Source: Reyranella sp. (GTDB lineage: Bacteria; Pseudomonadota; Alphaproteobacteria; Reyranellales; Reyranellaceae). Taken from it: a stretch of DNA of 24,000 bases. A program made the position numbers and the translations under genes. This document shows positions 19,846-24,000 of the stretch, piece after piece. Below the pieces are notes generated by a model. The model saw only the letters and a list, made by a program, of their open reading frames with translations, did no database searches and had not been told where the DNA came from. The stretch is from positions 35,477-59,476 of the forward strand of contig NZ_DATBFE010000046.1 of NCBI RefSeq assembly GCF_036558665.1. The letters are read 5' to 3'. Each line of letters starts with the position of its first letter. Position 1 is the stretch's first letter.

Positions 19846-19940
19846 GGGATAACCTTCCGGCGCTTCGCATTGTATGGGTCCGGGACGAATACTAGAGTGG
19901 CCCGCCGCATTGCGGCCAGTGGAGTGCAGGCGGAGTCGGA

Positions 19941-20837
19941 TTGTTGATTTCAAGCATGACGGGATATGCCCGGGCGCAGGGATCGGATGAGCGGCGGCGC
20001 TGGGTATGGGAAGCGCGCAGCGTTAACGGTCGCAATCTCGATGTCCGGTGCCGCGTTCCACAGGGCTTCGAGCGGCTGGAAAATCTGGCACGAAGCGCGG
20101 TTGGAGCCAAGCTCAGGCGCGGCAACGTATCGATCTCCCTTACGGTTGCCAGCGAGCGGGCGACCAAGCCGTTACGCATCAACCGTGCTCTGCTCGCCGA
20201 GCTCGCGCCGTTGGTGGAGGAGATGCGCAGGGCCGGCGCCGCGCCGCCGACCGCCGATGGCCTGCTGCGCGTTCGCGGCGTGGTCGAGGAGGACGAGGAA
20301 ACCCAGGAGAGCGAGGAGCTGATTGCGGCCCTGGACCAGGCGTTGGTGGGCACGCTCGACGAGGCGCTGAAGGCGCTCGCCGGCGCACGCGCCGCGGAGG
20401 GCAAGGCGTTGGCTGGCGTGCTCGCGGGCCATATCGACGAAACCGAGGCGCTTTGCCGTCGCGCCGGTGAACGCGCAGAGGCGCAGATCGACACTGTGCG
20501 GTCGCGCTTCCGGGCGCAGCTGGACGAACTCCTGCAGCGAACGCCGGCCTTGTCCGAGGAGCGCTTCGCGCAGGAAGTGGCGCTGCTCGTGGGCAAGGCC
20601 GATGTGCGCGAGGAGCTCGACCGTCTGGCGGCTCATATTACCCAGGCGCGCGGCCTGCTGGCCGAGGCGCGCCCGGACAATCCTGTGGGGCGCAAATTCG
20701 ATTTCCTTTGCCAGGAGTTCAACCGCGAGGCCAATACGCTCTGCTCGAAGTCGGCCGACATCGAGCTGACGCGCATTGGCATCGATCTGAAGGGCGCCAT
20801 CGAGCGCATGCGGGAGCAAGTGCAGAATGTCGAATGA
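19941..20837 (+). CDS. yicC: YicC-family stress-induced protein / endoribonuclease YicC, 298 aa
   Basis: ORF 19941..20837, TTG start with GGAG 5 nt upstream (ATG 19956 is an alternative). N-terminus (ML)ISSMTGYAR. The C-terminus LDRLAAHITQARGLL...VGRKFDFLCQEFNREANTLCSKS is the conserved YicC C-terminal domain. Confidence 0.88.
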   Translation: MLISSMTGYARAQGSDERRRWVWEARSVNGRNLDVRCRVPQGFERLENLARSAVGAKLRRGNVSISLTVASERATKPLRINRALLAELAPLVEEMRRAGAAPPTADGLLRVRGVVEEDEETQESEELIAALDQALVGTLDEALKALAGARAAEGKALAGVLAGHIDETEALCRRAGERAEAQIDTVRSRFRAQLDELLQRTPALSEERFAQEVALLVGKADVREELDRLAAHITQARGLLAEARPDNPVGRKFDFLCQEFNREANTLCSKSADIELTRIGIDLKGAIERMREQVQNVE

Positions 20838-21483
20838 GGTCGAAGCGTCAACGCCCACGATCCAGCGACGCGGCTTGATGCTGGTGCTTTCCTCGCCGTC
20901 CGGCGCGGGGAAGACGACCCTTTCGCGGCAACTGCTCGACAACGACTCGCAGGTCCAGCTCAGCGTTTCCTTTACCACGCGTGAAAGGCGTCCCGGCGAG
21001 AAGGAAGGGGTGGACTACAAGTTCGTCGACACGGCGACATTCCGCGGCATGATCGAGCGCGGCGAGTTTCTCGAGCATGCCCGGGTCTTCGACCACTACT
21101 ACGGGACGCCGCGCGCGCCTGTCGAGGCGGCCTTGGATTCCGGTCGCGACGTGCTGTTCGACATCGACTGGCAGGGCACTCAGCAGCTCAAGGAAAAGGG
21201 ACGTGAGGACCTGGTCACGGTTTTCATCCTGCCGCCCTCGACCCGCGACCTCGAGCGCCGCCTGATCACCCGCGCGCAGGATTCCCGCGACATCGTCGCC
21301 AAGCGGATGGCGAAGGCGGCCGACGAGATGAGCCATTGGGCCGAATACGACTATGCGATTATCAACCGCGATATCGCTACAAGCCTGATCGAGCTGAAAT
21401 CGATCCTGACGGCGGAGCGTCTGAGGCGCGAACGACAGTATGGCCTGTCTGCGTTCGTGAAGGCCCTGCGCGAGGGGCGCTGA
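20827..21483 (+). CDS. gmk: Guanylate kinase, 218 aa
   Basis: ORF 20827..21483. P-loop LSSPSGAGKTT, then SVSFTTRERRPGEKEGVDYKFV, EHARVFDHYYGTP and FDIDWQGTQQL. It overlaps the yicC 3' end by 11 nt. Confidence 0.95.
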   Translation: MSNEVEASTPTIQRRGLMLVLSSPSGAGKTTLSRQLLDNDSQVQLSVSFTTRERRPGEKEGVDYKFVDTATFRGMIERGEFLEHARVFDHYYGTPRAPVEAALDSGRDVLFDIDWQGTQQLKEKGREDLVTVFILPPSTRDLERRLITRAQDSRDIVAKRMAKAADEMSHWAEYDYAIINRDIATSLIELKSILTAERLRRERQYGLSAFVKALREGR

Positions 21484-21484
21484 C

Positions 21485-22333
21485 TCAAAGGCCGTCGAGG
21501 GCCTTTGCCAGGCGCACGAAGTCGCCGACGGATAGCTCCTCCGCACGGGCGGTCGGCGAAAGTTTGAGGCTCTCGAGCACGAGAACGGGATCGCGAAACA
21601 GGCCCAGCAGCGAGCCACGCAGCATCTTGCGCCGCTGACCGAAGGCAGAGGCGGTGACCTTTTCCAGCGGACCGAGGTCGGCCAGGCGTCGTGCCGCCGG
21701 GCGGGGGGTCAGTCGCGCGACGGCTGAAGTGACCTTGGGCGGCGGAACGAAGGCCGACGGCGCGACCTCGAACAGCCGGCGAACGTCGCAGACATGCTGG
21801 GCCAGCACCGAGAGGCGGCCATAGTCCTTGCTGCGCGGCGCGGCAACGAGCCGGTCGACGACCTCCTTCTGGAACATCAGCACCATGTCGGCAATCGCGT
21901 CGGCCGCGTGCAGCCAACGGATCAAGAGCGCCGTGGAGACGTTGTAGGGGAGATTGGCCACGATGCGGCGAGGTGACGGGCCCAGCGTGCCCGGATCGAT
22001 CGCCAGGGCATCGCCCTGGACGACCTCGAGACGGCCGCCGGAGGCCGCTTGCAATCCGCGCAAGGCGTCCACGGCACGCGCGTCGACCTCGATCGCGACG
22101 ACGTGCGCGGCGCCCTCGAGCAGCAGCGCGCGCGTCAGACCGCCGGGTCCCGGACCGATTTCGACGACGGTTCCTGTTGCGAGAGGAGCCGCGGCCCGCG
22201 CAATGCGGCGCGTGAGGTTGAGATCGAGGAGAAAATGCTGGCCGAGCCGCTTGCGGGCGTCGAGCCCATGAGCGGCAATGGTCTCGCGCAGCGGCGGCAG
22301 GTCGGCGATCCCGCCGGCGGCCGAGCGGCTCAT
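21485..22333 (-). CDS. rsmA: 16S rRNA (adenine1518/1519-N6)-dimethyltransferase RsmA/KsgA, 282 aa
   Basis: ORF 21485..22333. Motifs: KRLGQHFLLDLNLTRRI, the SAM-binding VVEIGPGPGGLTRALL, and IVANLPYNVST. The stop is 1 nt from the convergent gmk stop. Confidence 0.95.
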   Translation of the reverse strand: MSRSAAGGIADLPPLRETIAAHGLDARKRLGQHFLLDLNLTRRIARAAAPLATGTVVEIGPGPGGLTRALLLEGAAHVVAIEVDARAVDALRGLQAASGGRLEVVQGDALAIDPGTLGPSPRRIVANLPYNVSTALLIRWLHAADAIADMVLMFQKEVVDRLVAAPRSKDYGRLSVLAQHVCDVRRLFEVAPSAFVPPPKVTSAVARLTPRPAARRLADLGPLEKVTASAFGQRRKMLRGSLLGLFRDPVLVLESLKLSPTARAEELSVGDFVRLAKALDGL

Positions 22334-22334
22334 C

Positions 22335-23348
22335 TCAGGTCTGGCGTCGCCGCGCCATATCGTCGGCCATGGCGAGCGCCGCGATCAGGCTGGCAGCGTC
22401 GGCGCGGCCAGTGCCAGCGATATCGAGCGCCGTTCCGTGATCAGGCGACGTGCGCACGAAGGGCAAGCCCAGCGTGACGTTGACACCGCCCGAAAAGTCG
22501 ATGGTCTTGATCGGGATCAAGGCCTGATCGTGATACATGCAGAGCGCGGCGTCGTAGGTGGCGCGCGCGGCCGGATGGAACAGCGTGTCGGCCGGGGCCG
22601 GCCCGCGGACGTCGATGCCGTCCTTGCGCAAGGTCTCGATCGCCGGCCTGATGATGCGGACTTCTTCGTCGCCCATTGCACCCTGCTCGCCGGCGTGCGG
22701 GTTGAGCGCCGCGATCGCCAGCCGCGGCCGGGCGATCCCGAACAGGGCTGTCAGTCCCGCTGCGGCGATGCGCCCGGCGCGGACGATCGTGGCGGCATCG
22801 AGACTACGCACGGCCTGGGCCAATGACAGATGGATGGTGACGGGAACCACGCGCAGTTCGGGGCAGGCCAGCATCATCGCGACCTCGACCGGCTTTGTCG
22901 CTGCGCGCGAAGCGAGTTCGGCAAGGAACTCGGTATGGCCCGGATGGACGAAGCCCGCGTCCTGAAGAGTCTTCTTCTGGATGGGATTGGTCGCGAAGCC
23001 CGCGATCTCGCCCGCGCCAGCCAGCGACGCCGCGCGCTCGATTGCCTCGATCGTGGCGGCGGCGTTGGCCGGATCGGGATGGCCGGCCCGCACCGGGGAA
23101 CGCAGGCGGACAGGCAGGACGGGCAGGGCAGTGTCGAAGATGGCAGCCGCTTCGGACGCCCGCGCGACCTTCCTTACCGGCACGGCAAGGCCGAGATCGC
23201 GAGCAAGAGCTTCCAGTCGCATCGGATCGTCGATCGCGAAGAAGGCGCGCGCCCCGCCTGTGCGTTCCAACCATGCTTTCAGGGTCAGTTCGCCGCCGAC
23301 GCCGGCCGGCTCGCCCATGGTGACGGCGAGCGGCAGACGGATCGTCAT
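22335..23348 (-). CDS. pdxA: 4-hydroxythreonine-4-phosphate dehydrogenase PdxA, 337 aa
   Basis: The internal ATG at 23348 of ORF 22335..23489 gives MTIRLPLAVTMGEPAGVGGEL, followed by GHTEFLAEL, LNPHAGEQG and VRTSPDHGTALDIAGTG. The stop is 1 nt upstream of the rsmA start. This is the classical surA-pdxA-rsmA order. Confidence 0.93.
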   Translation of the reverse strand: MTIRLPLAVTMGEPAGVGGELTLKAWLERTGGARAFFAIDDPMRLEALARDLGLAVPVRKVARASEAAAIFDTALPVLPVRLRSPVRAGHPDPANAAATIEAIERAASLAGAGEIAGFATNPIQKKTLQDAGFVHPGHTEFLAELASRAATKPVEVAMMLACPELRVVPVTIHLSLAQAVRSLDAATIVRAGRIAAAGLTALFGIARPRLAIAALNPHAGEQGAMGDEEVRIIRPAIETLRKDGIDVRGPAPADTLFHPAARATYDAALCMYHDQALIPIKTIDFSGGVNVTLGLPFVRTSPDHGTALDIAGTGRADAASLIAALAMADDMARRRQT

Positions 23349-24000
23349 GCCGGCTGCTTGACGTCGATCGTGGCGGCGCGCCGCAGATCGCGCATATAGC
23401 GTCGGGCGCCTGCCTCGACCTTCTGCAACAGGATCTGCTGTGAGATGGCTTCGCGCGAGGGAAGGCCGCCGGCGCCTTCCTTGCCGCACAGCGCCACGAC
23501 CTGCAGGCCTTCGGCGACCCGGAACGGCCCGGCGGCAGCGCCCACCGGCAGTTTCGGAACCTCCTCGTACATCTGCGGGTTGGCCCTGAGATCGCCGACC
23601 CGGATGCCGCGAAGATCACCCGAGGTCGCGCCCTTGAGCTGTCGCGACTGCGCATGGAGATCATTGCACTGATGCACCGCAGCCATCGCCTTCTGGGCCT
23701 CGGCGGTGGCACGGCTGGTTTCCTCGGGCGAGGCATTGGCGGGCAGGGCCAGCGTCATCTGCACGAGGTTGAGGCGCACGTCGTCGGGGCGCGCCGTGGC
23801 GAACGGCCGACGGTCGACGACATAGACGATGTGCCATCCGGACGGCGTGCGGATCGGCTCGGAAGCCTGGCGCAGGGGCATCCTTTCGACCGCGCCGTCG
23901 ATCGCCGGATCGAGCGAACCGGGCAGCACCCAACCGAGATCGCCGCCGTTCTTCGCCGTCTGGCCCTGGGAGAATTGCTGGGCGAGGGCGGCGAACGGCG
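23345..24000 (-). CDS. surA: Periplasmic chaperone / peptidyl-prolyl isomerase SurA, C-terminal part (gene continues off the right edge)
   Basis: The frame of ORF 23345..23929 stays open to position 24000. The extra codons read ...PFAALAQQFSQGQTAKNGGDLGW-VLPGSLDP..., a parvulin PPIase signature. It is followed by TPSGWHIVYV and a second degenerate parvulin-like region. The stop overlaps the pdxA ATG as ATGA at 23345-23348. Confidence 0.85.
   Translation of the reverse strand, partial: PFAALAQQFSQGQTAKNGGDLGWVLPGSLDPAIDGAVERMPLRQASEPIRTPSGWHIVYVVDRRPFATARPDDVRLNLVQMTLALPANASPEETSRATAEAQKAMAAVHQCNDLHAQSRQLKGATSGDLRGIRVGDLRANPQMYEEVPKLPVGAAAGPFRVAEGLQVVALCGKEGAGGLPSREAISQQILLQKVEAGARRYMRDLRRAATIDVKQPA

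Noticed and set aside
1-24000. Search for tRNA/rRNA genes, CRISPR repeats, IS elements/terminal inverted repeats, and large direct repeats.
   Set aside because: I found no T-loop (GGTTCGAATCC-like) context with acceptor pairing, no regularly spaced repeats and no transposase or integrase ORFs. By-eye scanning cannot exclude short dispersed repeats. A self-dot-plot would settle it.

Overview
High-GC (about two-thirds G+C by eye) chromosomal segment that looks alphaproteobacterial, probably Hyphomicrobiales/Rhizobiales-like. This is suggested by MipZ, CyaY, a Cys-less L31 and the surA-pdxA-rsmA / gmk-yicC arrangement. The window is densely packed with about 24 protein genes. I found no rRNA, tRNA, CRISPR array, transposase, integrase or phage genes.

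Left to right:
- 5' end of an Ada-type Zn-finger repair/regulator gene (-), divergent from an ABM monooxygenase.
- A palindrome-rich spacer, then a 24-aa hydrophobic microprotein, a 4-TM membrane protein and a SnoaL-like protein.
- A Cys-rich SufR/ArsR-like regulator, divergent from an MFS transporter.
- Orphan molybdopterin oxidoreductase no. 1 and rpmE (-).
- cyaY overlapping an ABCB-type exporter (+).
- A 260-bp low-GC gap.
- An acyl-CoA synthetase (-), divergent from orphan molybdopterin oxidoreductase no. 2, which overlaps mipZ (+).
- MFS transporter and membrane-anchored SGNH hydrolase (-), divergent from a VWA protein and a second membrane-anchored SGNH/AlgJ-like protein (+).
- SDR (-); yicC-gmk (+), convergent on surA-pdxA-rsmA (-).

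Many long ORFs in the six-frame track are GC-driven antisense or off-frame artefacts. Two of them (917 aa and 816 aa) are chimeras of a real gene plus the antisense of its neighbour.

I see no unambiguous new system. The best candidates for follow-up are:
1. The cyaY/ABCB exporter pair, translationally coupled.
2. The SGNH-MFS / VWA-SGNH divergent cluster.
3. An ECF(EcfG)-like promoter upstream of the 24-aa microprotein and the membrane protein.
4. The low-GC island at 9293-9450, with a near-consensus promoter and a small TM ORF.
5. Two paralogous partner-less molybdoenzymes.

All functional calls rest on motifs I recognised by eye. No searches were run.
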